Origin: Candidatus Hydrogenedentota bacterium
GTDB taxonomy: Bacteria > Hydrogenedentota > Hydrogenedentia > Hydrogenedentales > SLHB01
Length of the DNA stretch: 45,183 nt
Assembly (NCBI GenBank): GCA_020847495.1
Contig: JADLCA010000073.1
Coordinates: 1 to 45,183, forward strand
Direction of reading: 5' to 3'
Numbering within the stretch: position 1 is the first letter of the stretch; every line of letters starts with the position of its first letter. Position numbers and translations under genes: made by a program. Below the pieces are notes generated by a model, which made no database searches, was not told the origin of the DNA, and was given only the letters and a program-made list of their open reading frames with translations. Of the stretch, positions 1 through 8,751 are shown piece by piece.

Positions 1-1
1 C

Positions 2-100
2 CAAATCAACAACCGACCAAGGAAATGCCTCGGATACCGAACCCCCAATGAAGTCTTCCAGCAAGTACGTCTCCAACGCCTACTTGCACTTGGCTCTTGA
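2..100 (+). CDS. IS30-family transposase, extreme C-terminus (gene truncated by window edge)
   Basis: The frame starting at nt 2 reads QINNRPRKCLGYRTPNEVFQQVRLQRLLALGS, then TGA at 98-100. NxRPRKxLGYxTPxEVF is the conserved C-terminal block of IS30-type DDE transposases. It is absent from the ORF track because no start codon lies in the window. Confidence 0.6.
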   Translation, partial: QINNRPRKCLGYRTPNEVFQQVRLQRLLALGS

Positions 101-398
101 ATCCAGGAACGGCCGTTGGAAGGGGAACGCCATCGCTATTCCGCTTCGCATGGAGAGTTACAGGTTTCGTTCGATTCACCCATAGGCTAAACTGACCGGA
201 CTCTCCGCAGGATCGCGAATTCAGGATAAGGGAAGCGAAAACACTAAACAGAACGCGATGTAAGACTGCTTTACCTTGAAACCGCAAAGTCCGCGAAGCA
301 AGAGCCAACATTGAGTTTCTCATCCTTCGCATCAAAGCAATCTTCTCTTCCATCCCCTGGGGCGTGGCGTTTCCGGGCTCGACGGCCGCTTCTAGTCC

Positions 399-440
399 GC
401 ATATCTCACCGCCCCCCGCGTAGCGGGCGGTGAGATATGC
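399..440. repeat. Perfect 16-bp inverted repeat (gcatatctcaccgccc / gggcggtgagatatgc) with a 10-nt loop
   Basis: Arms 399-414 and 425-440 are exact reverse complements. The repeat lies about 300 bp downstream of the transposase stop in ORF-free DNA. Function is unknown. Confidence 0.7.
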
Positions 441-1213
441 TCTAGCAATGGCCTACAGGCTCACTCGAGATGATTTCTCGCACGCACATCGTGTAAGCAA
501 GAATGACGTGCCAGGGTATTGGAAGCTGCTGATTCAACTTGGATTGAGAGAACTGCGGTGTGTGCGCACTGAGAAATCCGGGCTAGTTGAATACAATGGC
601 ATCGCGTTAAGACGGCGAACCTGAATGGAGGGAGCCCATATGTCCCAACGCTCCCCAGTACTCACTGCGCAGACATTCCACGGGGAAACCTCGAGCGAGT
701 TATCAGACCACGGGCAGTGCCAAGAGGCATCCCGTGTGCCGCGGAAGCTGGAGTACGTCTTCGCGACGAGTACTTATGGCCCGAAAGGCCAAGGTACTCT
801 CAGCCCGGGGTTGGTCGTAGCGCAGCGAAGGCCTACCCCGGGTATCGGGATGCCCGTTCTTACTACCCTGTAAAGGTTGCATACTCGTCGAGCTGCCAAT
901 CGCGAACGCGCGGTTCATTAGAATGAACCTCGGACTATGCACCTCTTTGAGGGGATTCCTCTGGAACGTGCTGACCCGGGGTAGTCCCACCGTTTCAGCG
1001 GGCCAAGCCCGGGCTATGAGCAATAGGCCTTTCAGGCTATTGTGGCGGCTTGACGCCGCCAATTCGCGAGGTCGGGACCACCGATTCGTGGGGGTCCGGC
1101 CGCGAATTCGCAGCAGTCTGGCGCGGGTTCAACGAACACACGCTGCATCACACTCAAATCCCGGCATTTCCAAAGCAGGGGCTGGCAATGCCAACCAGAC
1201 TTTGTGACGGTAA

Positions 1214-1282
1214 CCCCATCGGCAATCTTAATGCGATTACACCGAGCGGCGAAGCAGCCTTTGCGGTAGAATGCCGATGGGG
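1214..1282 (+). promoter_or_regulatory. Leader stem-loop about 60 nt upstream of CDS 1345
   Basis: An 11-bp perfect stem, ccccatcggca (1214-1224) / tgccgatgggg (1272-1282), encloses 47 nt. Any regulatory role is inferred from position only. Confidence 0.3.
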
Positions 1283-1344
1283 TCTACGATTGCCCAAGAC
1301 AGTTCGTTGCAGGCACCGTATGACTGAGAACAATTGGAGGTAGT

Positions 1345-3717
1345 ATGAGCGATCTTGGCCGCGCACGGCGTCTGATTGTAGCAGCGCTTGCTCTCGTTCT
1401 CGCAGGGACGACTTTGCCCACCGTCTGTTCGGTATGCGTGGCAGATCCTGCACCGGGAGAAGTTAGGACAGATGCATTCGCCCGGGAGGTGGAGCGTGTC
1501 CTTCCTCTTGAGAACCCTTACGATTACCACAGGCGGCTGTCGGGCAGCCCCGTGCACGAGGCGAGGCGTAATCCCGAGATCGTACCCCAGGCCGGCGAGC
1601 TGGTCCTTCCTGAGTCTGGGTGGAAGATCGTCTCTCGCGCCCAAAGTACGGTGCTTCTCAACAATGCCGTTACGGATTTCCAGGACTATCTGAACACGTC
1701 TATGGGAGTCCGCGTGGAGATAGAAAGCCGGGATACACTGCTGGACTGGGAAGGCCTGACCCAGTGTATCGTGGCCGGGACGCGCGACGACTTGCCCGGC
1801 TGCGGGACAGACCTGAAAGGCCCCAAGGATTATGAGATCGTCGTAACGCCGGAACGTGTGGTCGTGTGCGGATTCGATGAGCGGGGCGCGATGTTCGGGC
1901 TGTACAACCTGGAGGCCCGGATGAACCTGCGCGAGGCGCCCATTCTGCCCGCGAATCTGAAGACGGCGCGGCACAGCCTCTACGACACGCGCATGGTGCA
2001 CTCCTGGATGGGTTGGATGGAGTGGCCGGACGCGCTGCTTGCGCATCTGGCGCACGACGGTTTTGACGGCATTTTCGCATCGTGCTACGCCAATCCGAAC
2101 GGGGACCGCACCACGGCGGAGTCTTCAACGGAGTTCATGGCCCGCCTGCTGTTTATGATGCGCCATCAGGACCCCGCACGAATTCGCGACCTGATCGATC
2201 GGGCGTCCCGTTTTGGCATCAAAGTCTACGCGCCGATTATCCACCAGTACGTGGGGACCCCGGAAAGCGAGGCGCAGTTGCGCAGTCTTGTGCAGGATGT
2301 TGTGAGGGCTTTCCCCGACATTCAGGGATACATACTCTTAACCGAAGGCTTCTGGTACAAGCAATGGGGAGGCGCCCACGGCGCGAGCGCGGAGTACGTG
2401 CAGGACTGGGCCCGCAACTGGTGCCGGGCGGTCGCCATCGTGGCCGAGGAATGCCACCGGGTGAACCCTGCCATCGAGATTCTCCCGTGGGAATACAACA
2501 TCGACTTCCGTCCGCAGAACGCGGAGATGAAGCGGTACTTCATCCAACAGCTTCCCGGCGATTCGATACCCTTGCTCACCTGGGAGAACGGAAAGAGCTT
2601 TGAAATCGACGGGATGCAGGGATATCTGCGTGACTACTCGCTGAACCAGATCGGTCCCGCGGAAGTGACCGACGCCCAGATCGCCGAGGCACGCCAACGG
2701 AACATGAAGGTCTATTGCAAAGCCGATGCGTTTGCATCCTGGCAATTTGGCACGATCCCGTACCTTCCCTTTCCGTACCAATGGTACGAACGATACAAGA
2801 CACTCGAGAAGTATGGGGTGAACGGCACGCTCGAAAGCTGGTCCAGTGGGTACACGCCAAACTTCATGACCGAACTCCGGGCGTGGACGTGCTGGAGCGG
2901 CGCGCCCTCTTTGGAGGAACTGCTTGGCGCCATTGCCGCCCGTGATTTTGGAAGTGGAAAACAAGAGATGGTGCTCGCAGCCTGGAGGCATTTTAGCGAG
3001 GCGATTCGCCTGGTGCCGGACACCGGGCCCAACATGGGAACCAACAACGCCATCGGGAATCCCCTCTTCTTCCAGGAACCACCGCTGCGGACCATGACAT
3101 TCACGCATTCCTGGACCGACCACGGGAAATGGATGGGCTACCTTGGAGGGCAGATCAACCCCTATTGGCCGTTCACGGTCACACGCATGGTATTCTTCCC
3201 CGACTTCACGAACCAGACGAACAATGCCGAGCTTTACGCGCGAGGCGCGACCGGCGTAGAGGTTGACCCTCAAACGAAAGTCCTCCCCGTCTTCCTGAAG
3301 TATCTGCGGCAAGCTTCGGACAAGATGGAAGAAGGGTTGAAACTCTATCGGGCCGCGGCGATAACGAGTCCTGAATCCAAGCGCCAACACGCCGTTCACG
3401 AAGTAGTCGTCGCCGAACAACTTCAACGGATGATGCAGAGTGATGCCGCCATTCTCGAGTTCGAAGATCTTCGCCTGCAACTCGCGGCTGAGCAGGACTC
3501 GCAGAAAGCGGGTACACTGCTTGATCGGATGGAGACGATCCTGCGCGAAGAAATCGCCCGCACGGAGCTTTCACTTCTGGCCGCCACGCGGGACTCACGC
3601 CTCGGCTTCCAGTTCGAGCAGGACTATGTCTATACGCCCTATTCGCTGAGGGAGAAGCTCGAAGTCCTGCGCGAGACGCTCGACAAGCAACTACCCGCGC
3701 GCCGCGGAAGGGGCTAG
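1345..3717 (+). CDS. Secreted glycoside-hydrolase-like protein (790 aa), function uncertain
   Basis: GGAGG lies 5 nt upstream of the ATG. The N-terminus is a signal peptide (RRLIVAALALVLAGTTLP). The segment VVTPERVVVCGFDERGAMFGLYNLEARM resembles the N-terminal domain of GH20/GH67/GH115-type enzymes, and a TIM-barrel-like middle part and a helical C-terminus follow. The family assignment is from memory and is not a search result. Confidence 0.85.
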   Translation: MSDLGRARRLIVAALALVLAGTTLPTVCSVCVADPAPGEVRTDAFAREVERVLPLENPYDYHRRLSGSPVHEARRNPEIVPQAGELVLPESGWKIVSRAQSTVLLNNAVTDFQDYLNTSMGVRVEIESRDTLLDWEGLTQCIVAGTRDDLPGCGTDLKGPKDYEIVVTPERVVVCGFDERGAMFGLYNLEARMNLREAPILPANLKTARHSLYDTRMVHSWMGWMEWPDALLAHLAHDGFDGIFASCYANPNGDRTTAESSTEFMARLLFMMRHQDPARIRDLIDRASRFGIKVYAPIIHQYVGTPESEAQLRSLVQDVVRAFPDIQGYILLTEGFWYKQWGGAHGASAEYVQDWARNWCRAVAIVAEECHRVNPAIEILPWEYNIDFRPQNAEMKRYFIQQLPGDSIPLLTWENGKSFEIDGMQGYLRDYSLNQIGPAEVTDAQIAEARQRNMKVYCKADAFASWQFGTIPYLPFPYQWYERYKTLEKYGVNGTLESWSSGYTPNFMTELRAWTCWSGAPSLEELLGAIAARDFGSGKQEMVLAAWRHFSEAIRLVPDTGPNMGTNNAIGNPLFFQEPPLRTMTFTHSWTDHGKWMGYLGGQINPYWPFTVTRMVFFPDFTNQTNNAELYARGATGVEVDPQTKVLPVFLKYLRQASDKMEEGLKLYRAAAITSPESKRQHAVHEVVVAEQLQRMMQSDAAILEFEDLRLQLAAEQDSQKAGTLLDRMETILREEIARTELSLLAATRDSRLGFQFEQDYVYTPYSLREKLEVLRETLDKQLPARRGRG

Positions 3718-3809
3718 CCCGGCGGTCTACTGAACTTCGTTGAGCACGCCGAGGTTGGACCAACCCTTGGGGCCGTTGCGCAGGGACAGAATTCATGGAG
3801 AGGATTCCT

Positions 3810-4628
3810 ATGATAAGGCATAGCGTGTTGGTACCCGCTGTCACCTTGCTCTGCGTTTCTGCCTGGGCGGGGGATGCAACCAAACCGGTTGAAAAGGCGT
3901 TGCCCATGGATGGACAGGTCTTTGCTGTTGAGGGACACGTGGCTTTCCTGATGCCTCCGCCGCAGGAAAAGCGCATCGCCCCAATGCCTTGGGTGTGGTA
4001 TGCGCCAACCCTGCCAGGGCTGCCGGGTGAGGCAGAAATCTGGATGTTTGAGCGTTTTCACGCCGCGGGCATTGCGATCGCGGGGATCGACGTCGGCGAG
4101 TCATACGGCAGTCCCGAAGGGCGCGCGGCCTATTCCGCTCTGTACAAAGAGTTGACTGAATACCGCGGCTGCGCCAAGAAGGCCTGCCTGCTCGCCCGGA
4201 GCCGCGGTGGGTTGATGCTCTACAATTGGGCCTGTGAACACCCCGAGGCCGTTGCGGGCATTGCCGGGATCTATCCGGTGTGCAACCTCCTCAGCTACCC
4301 TGGCGTTGCCAAGGCGTGTTCGGCGTACCGGCTCTCCGAGGCCGAGCTGACGGCACAGCTGACTTCGCATAACCCGATCGATCGGTTGGCGCCCCTCGCG
4401 AAGGAGAAGGTGCCTATCTTCCATATCCATGGCAATACGGATACGGTGGTGCCGCTCGAGGACAATTCAGGCGAGGTGGCGCGCCGCTATCGTGACGTGG
4501 GCGGGAAGATCCAACTGCTGATACCCGAAGGGCAGGGACATTCCATGTGGCCGGGCTTCTTCCAGTGCCAGGAACTCGTGGACTTCGTCATCGCGGTGGT
4601 TGCCAATCCGCAGCACGAACCCAAGTAG
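3810..4628 (+). CDS. Secreted alpha/beta-fold hydrolase (esterase / dienelactone-hydrolase-like)
   Basis: The ORF track starts at 3795. The second ATG at 3810 follows GGAGAGG by 6 nt and gives a clean signal peptide (MIRHSVLVPAVTLLCVSAWAG). Features are a nucleophile elbow ARSRGG (AxSxG), Asp in HGNTDTVVP and His in GQGHSMW. Confidence 0.85.
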   Translation: MIRHSVLVPAVTLLCVSAWAGDATKPVEKALPMDGQVFAVEGHVAFLMPPPQEKRIAPMPWVWYAPTLPGLPGEAEIWMFERFHAAGIAIAGIDVGESYGSPEGRAAYSALYKELTEYRGCAKKACLLARSRGGLMLYNWACEHPEAVAGIAGIYPVCNLLSYPGVAKACSAYRLSEAELTAQLTSHNPIDRLAPLAKEKVPIFHIHGNTDTVVPLEDNSGEVARRYRDVGGKIQLLIPEGQGHSMWPGFFQCQELVDFVIAVVANPQHEPK

Positions 4629-4667
4629 CTCAGCGCGCCTGCACCATGCCAAAAACGGCAGTTGACT

Positions 4668-4723
4668 GGGACTGACCCCGTCTTTCGCGCAGGCCTTGCG
4701 GAGCGAAACACGGGGTCTGTCCC
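4668..4723. terminator. Bidirectional terminator-like hairpin between convergent genes
   Basis: Arms gggactgaccccgtctttcgc (4668-4688) and gcgaaacacggggtctgtccc (4703-4723) pair at 19 of 21 positions. The hairpin sits between the stop at 4628 (+) and the stop at 4776 (-). Confidence 0.55.
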
Positions 4724-4775
4724 TCATCCAGCGGGGGACGATGACCTCTCGGGTATCGCATTCGGGCCGGTAACG

Positions 4776-6065
4776 TTAATGACTGCATGGCGGTTCAACT
4801 GCCGTTTCTAGGATCATGGACTGTAGTGCTTCGGAGACGCGGATCAGAGCCCGCCCCGCGTGGAAGGCCGTCTTGAACTCCCCACCCTTGTCCGTGGTCA
4901 CGGGTTCCCCGCTCTCCCAGTGCACATCCTGATACCAGTCGCCGCACTCGTGGTCGATCTGATGCGTCCACACCCAGTCGAATTGCTGGATGAACGCATT
5001 CACATACTTCGCGTCCTGTGTCCAGCGATACACATCAATCAAGGCGTTGAGCAGTTCCGCCTGAGCCCACCAGGATTTGAACAGGCGATTCGGAGAGAGG
5101 CTGACCGCATCGACAACGTGGCCTGTCACCGGCCCGTAGGCCGCCAACCCGCCGCGCGCGCGATCAAGACCATAGTCCAGCGCGTGGTCGACGAGACCCA
5201 GGATCGTGGCCCGGTAATCTTCCCGCGATTCACCGAGGAGGTCAACGGCCTCGAGCATCAGCCAGGCCAGTTCCACATTCAGACCGTACGAGGTCGTCAT
5301 CCTGCCATGTACGTCGGTCAATGGATTCCACTCGTAGTCGAAGACCGTGACGGTGCAACCATGTTCCTTGTGAATGCCTTTCGATCGGATCAGATGTAGC
5401 ACGTTTCTCAGCGCATTCAGATGCCTCGGGTCACGTGTCGATTTGCACAGGTAGAGAAAGCCTTCCAGGACGTTCGTGTGCATATCGATGGTCTTGATCC
5501 GTGTTTGGCTCCCGAGGTTCATCTGCTCAGCGTTCAGCGCGCCCCAGTCATGCCCGTCGAAATCCTCGATGAAGCCCAGGTCGCGGTCGGCCGCTTTGGT
5601 CATCAGCAGCTCGAACACGCGCTCCGCCGTATCAAGCGCCTCCTGGCGCCCGGAGGCGCGGTAGTACTCCGTCAGGCCTGTGAGGGCGTACCCATGGAAA
5701 TCGGTGTTCTTCCGCGCGACCTTGGGCTGGCCGTCCCGCGTGACAGAGAAGTAGAAACCGCCCTCGACCGCGTCCCACATGTGGTCCATCAAGAACCGGA
5801 ACGTTTCGCTCGCCAACTCGAGATAGCCCCTGTCCCGGAGACCGTGGCGGTGCGCCGCCGACAAGCTGAACAGCATGCGCACCTGCATCATCAAGACCTT
5901 CTCGCTGTCGTCGAGGCGCCGTCCGCAACGGTCCATCCGCGTCAGGAAGCCCCCGTGCTCCTCGTCCCACCCGTGGTTGAACCAGAAAGGTAGGAGGTTC
6001 CCAGCGAGAGTGGCCTCGGCGCGCTGGTGTATATCGGCAAGTCGGTCTATCGTTTTCATATCCAT
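4776..6065 (-). CDS. N-acylglucosamine 2-epimerase (AGE) family protein (cellobiose/mannose epimerase-isomerase type)
   Basis: 429 aa. The N-terminal LLPFWFNHGWDEEHGGF, and later GGFYFSV and NTDFHGYALTGLTEYY, are typical of the (alpha/alpha)6-barrel AGE superfamily. Confidence 0.85.
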   Translation of the reverse strand: MDMKTIDRLADIHQRAEATLAGNLLPFWFNHGWDEEHGGFLTRMDRCGRRLDDSEKVLMMQVRMLFSLSAAHRHGLRDRGYLELASETFRFLMDHMWDAVEGGFYFSVTRDGQPKVARKNTDFHGYALTGLTEYYRASGRQEALDTAERVFELLMTKAADRDLGFIEDFDGHDWGALNAEQMNLGSQTRIKTIDMHTNVLEGFLYLCKSTRDPRHLNALRNVLHLIRSKGIHKEHGCTVTVFDYEWNPLTDVHGRMTTSYGLNVELAWLMLEAVDLLGESREDYRATILGLVDHALDYGLDRARGGLAAYGPVTGHVVDAVSLSPNRLFKSWWAQAELLNALIDVYRWTQDAKYVNAFIQQFDWVWTHQIDHECGDWYQDVHWESGEPVTTDKGGEFKTAFHAGRALIRVSEALQSMILETAVEPPCSH

Positions 6066-6149
6066 GGCAAGCTCCTAAAGGCCGCACGCATTGTGAAACA
6101 AAAAAGGCCAACGATTCACATACGTAAACCGCTGACCTTCAATGCTTTT

Positions 6150-6196
6150 AATGGTGGAGATGAACGGAATCGAACCGTCGACCTCTTGACTGCCAG
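6150..6196. repeat. attL: orphan copy of the 3' part of tRNA-Ala (47-bp direct repeat)
   Basis: 6150-6196 is identical to 13080-13126 (51 of 52 if extended to 6201/13131). The repeat equals the tRNA-Ala 3' end from the anticodon loop to CCA, plus 2 nt. Confidence 0.9.
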
Positions 6197-6789
6197 ACAA
6201 GAAACGGAGCCGCATAACCCTTCTGCAAACCATGACTTGCGGATTACTTCTTCCCCCGACTGTACTCCTGACTGTATCGGAAACGCGGAAACGAGTTCCA
6301 GTGATAGGCTCCACGCTCTGGCGGATGCGCTCCGGGGGTTGTCAGAAGGTGAGCGGGCCATCTTGGCGGACTTGCTGAAAAGGGACCAGCAAGCAGACAC
6401 GTAGGCCGGGACCGTTGGCGGGCGGTTCCGACACGGGAGTAGACGCGTCGGCAGGACAGAACCTCGTGACGCCGAAGGCAAAGACCTGCGTGTCTATCCT
6501 GGGGAGTATCGCACGCGGGAACCGGCCTCTTTCGCCCCTTTGTTTCGGGGTGCGTGTTTGACCTCCCCTTGGGCGTTGGGACTGAACGCGCACGAACGGC
6601 AGAGAATCACTTTCGCTCTTGAGAAGGCCGCCGCCCGGCCATGGGCCACCCGCATCCCAACGCCGCATCGGAATGCTCCCCCTATCCCCCTACCCCCTTT
6701 CCCCCCTGCGGGTCCCAAACACTGACAGTCCCCTGCTCCCTAAGGGAGCGCAATTTTTCCTGGTATCCCTTCCCTACCTTTGTACTCGT

Positions 6790-6798
6790 TGATATAAT
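6790..6798 (+). promoter_or_regulatory. Extended -10 promoter candidate (TGATATAAT) for the Sel1-repeat gene
   Basis: tgatataat matches TGnTATAAT exactly and lies about 95 nt upstream of the ATG at 6893. No good -35 is present. Promoter rules for this lineage are unverified. Confidence 0.35.
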
Positions 6799-6892
6799 GT
6801 GAGTGGAGGGCAGCCTTGCGGGCCTTCAGATCGTCATAGGTTTGCGCGGTCCCGCATATCGGTCTACATGATCACAGTCGGAGAAACCGCCC

Positions 6893-8452
6893 ATGAAGAT
6901 CGTACACTGCGGATTCGTTCCAGCTCTTCTGATCATTTGCGCATGTTCCCCAAGCCAGAGGTCACTGGATGACCTACTAAGTGCTGCAGATCGAGGAGAA
7001 GCGGATGCACAAGTTCTCCTGGGCAATCACTATTACCGTGGTAAGGGCGTTAACTTGGACTACGCCAAGGCGGTAGATTGCTACAGGAAGGCTGCCGATC
7101 AAGGCCATGCTGAGGGGCAAACCTGCCTGGGTGTGATGTATGCCAGAGGCCAGGGTGTACCTCAGGACCATCAGCAGGCTCTAGACTGGTTTCGCAAGGC
7201 CACGGGACAGGGGTATGCACGGGGGCAGTACAATCTCGGGAATATGTACTTCCACGGCCAAGGCGTCCCCCAGGATTACCAGGAGGCTCTGAAGTGGGTT
7301 CGCAAGGCGGCGGAACAGGGCGATGCACAGGCGCAGGCCTTGCTCGGGAGCATGTACTACGAAGGCCTTGGTGTCCCCCAGGACTACCAGGAGGCGGTCT
7401 CGTGTTTTCGCAAGTCGGCGGACCAGGGAAATGTATGGGGGCAGTACCGTCTCGGGACCATGTACGCCAAGGGCCAGGGGGTCCCGCAGGAGTATCAGGA
7501 AGCTTCGCGTTGGCTCCGGATTGCAGCCGCAAGGGGGTTGAGTCCAGCCCAGAATGACCTCGGGTTCATGTACTACCACGGCCTTGGTGTCCCCCAGGAC
7601 TACCAACAGGCTGATGAGTGGTGCCGTAAAGCGGCGGAGCAGGGACTTGCAGAAGCGCAGTGCTGGATCGGGTCCAGGTACTTCCACGGCCAAGGCGTCC
7701 CCCAGGACTATCAGGAGGCTCTGAAGTGGTTGCGCAAGGCGGCGGAACAGGGAAATGCACAGGCGCAGTCCTTGCTCGGGAGCATGTACGCCTACGGCCC
7801 TGGTGTCCCCCAGGACTACCAGGAGGCTGTCAAGTGGTACCGCAAGGCGGCGGAACAGGGAGATGTATGGGGGCAGTACGGTCTCGGGACCAGGTACGCC
7901 AACGGCCAGGGGGTCCCGCAGGACTATAAGGAAGCTTCGCGTTGGCTCCGGATTGCAGCCGAAAAGGGGTTGAGTCCAGCCCAGTGTGACCTCGGGTTCA
8001 TGTACTACCTAGGCCAAGGTGTCCCCCAGGATTACCAGGAGGCTGTCAAGTGGTACCGCAAAGCCGCCGAGCAGGGAAACGCGGCGGGACAGGGGCTACT
8101 CGGGGGTATGTACAACTTGGGCCTTGGTGTCCCCCAGGACTACCAGGAGGCTGTCAAGTGGTACCGCAAAGCCGCCGAGCAGGGAAACGTGGTGGCACAG
8201 GGACTACTCGGGGGTATGTACAACTTGGGCCAGGGTGTTCCCCAGGATTATGTTGAAGCATATACATGGTACAGCATTTCGGCAACCAGCGGGCTCAAAG
8301 AAGCGCAGGAGGGCCGGGACAGCACCGCAGCTTCAATGACTCCCGGACAGATTGCCGAAGGGCAGAAACGAGCTTCGGAATGGTGGGAAAAGCACCACCC
8401 TTCTTATCCGCCCTTGAATCTCGGCTTGAAGGGTAAGTCCAGCATTCATTGA
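6893..8452 (+). CDS. Sel1-like repeat (SLR/TPR-family) protein with a signal peptide / lipobox-like N-terminus
   Basis: 519 aa. About 13 tandem 36-aa units of the form G.MY..G.GVPQDYQEA.KW.RKAAEQG. N-terminus is MKIVHCGFVPALLIICAC. Confidence 0.9.
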   Translation: MKIVHCGFVPALLIICACSPSQRSLDDLLSAADRGEADAQVLLGNHYYRGKGVNLDYAKAVDCYRKAADQGHAEGQTCLGVMYARGQGVPQDHQQALDWFRKATGQGYARGQYNLGNMYFHGQGVPQDYQEALKWVRKAAEQGDAQAQALLGSMYYEGLGVPQDYQEAVSCFRKSADQGNVWGQYRLGTMYAKGQGVPQEYQEASRWLRIAAARGLSPAQNDLGFMYYHGLGVPQDYQQADEWCRKAAEQGLAEAQCWIGSRYFHGQGVPQDYQEALKWLRKAAEQGNAQAQSLLGSMYAYGPGVPQDYQEAVKWYRKAAEQGDVWGQYGLGTRYANGQGVPQDYKEASRWLRIAAEKGLSPAQCDLGFMYYLGQGVPQDYQEAVKWYRKAAEQGNAAGQGLLGGMYNLGLGVPQDYQEAVKWYRKAAEQGNVVAQGLLGGMYNLGQGVPQDYVEAYTWYSISATSGLKEAQEGRDSTAASMTPGQIAEGQKRASEWWEKHHPSYPPLNLGLKGKSSIH

Positions 8453-8751
8453 CGCTTGCGGACAGAATTACTGCGTGATGCGCCATCGAATGATTCTGCC
8501 TGAAGCACCCAAAGATGCCTATACGTTATCAAAATTATCATATATAGGCGGTTGTTGCATGGGGAGCATTTTCCCCGCTTTTCCAAACGATTTTGCTTGC
8601 GCAGAACGCCAAATGTCTGATATTGATTACGTGCAGATATCCTGCGCATTTCTCGTTCATTGCGACACGTGCCGGGGCTAGGGTAGCTCCCGAAAGCCCG
8701 CGCCTGTACGGGTTGTCCCGGCTTTCCTCATACAGGCACGGAGGCAGGGCC

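Noticed and set aside
768-799. Group II intron domain V-like hairpin (gagtacttatggcccgaaaggccaaggtactc)
   Set aside because: It lacks the AGC/CGC catalytic triad context, the 2-nt bulge on the 3' strand and a GNRA tetraloop. The following hairpin has no bulged branch-point A. No GUGYG 5' end lies at a suitable distance, and there is no reverse transcriptase ORF.
101-1344. RNase P RNA, tmRNA, SRP RNA or a cobalamin riboswitch in the ORF-free region
   Set aside because: I looked by eye on both strands for their hallmark strings (GGAAAGTCCGGGC, ACAGAACCCGGCTTA, a tRNA-like TCCACCA end, the B12 box) and found none. This is a visual check only, not a covariance-model search.
1237-3480. Minus-strand ORFs 1237-2055 and 2338-3480
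   Set aside because: They are antisense to the 790-aa secreted protein, which has an RBS, a signal peptide and coding-like composition. The antisense ORFs have neither.
6027-6404. 125-aa plus-strand ORF spanning attL
   Set aside because: It begins antisense to the AGE gene start and reads through the orphan tRNA fragment (NGGDERNRTVDLL is a tRNA translation). It is not an independent gene. It matters only as the frame the integrase ORF would enter after excision.
7050-8339. Multiple short ORFs on both strands inside the Sel1-repeat gene
   Set aside because: They are alternative-frame readings of the 108-bp repeat units (Pro/Gly/Arg-rich). The Sel1 frame has the canonical repeat consensus throughout.
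8593-8751. Upstream 53 codons of the orphan ORF (track TTG start at 8593)
   Set aside because: This part crosses the AT-rich putative promoter region and has odd composition (CLILITCRYPAHFSF). The GTG at 8752 has a proper GGAGG, so the upstream part is not included. This remains uncertain.
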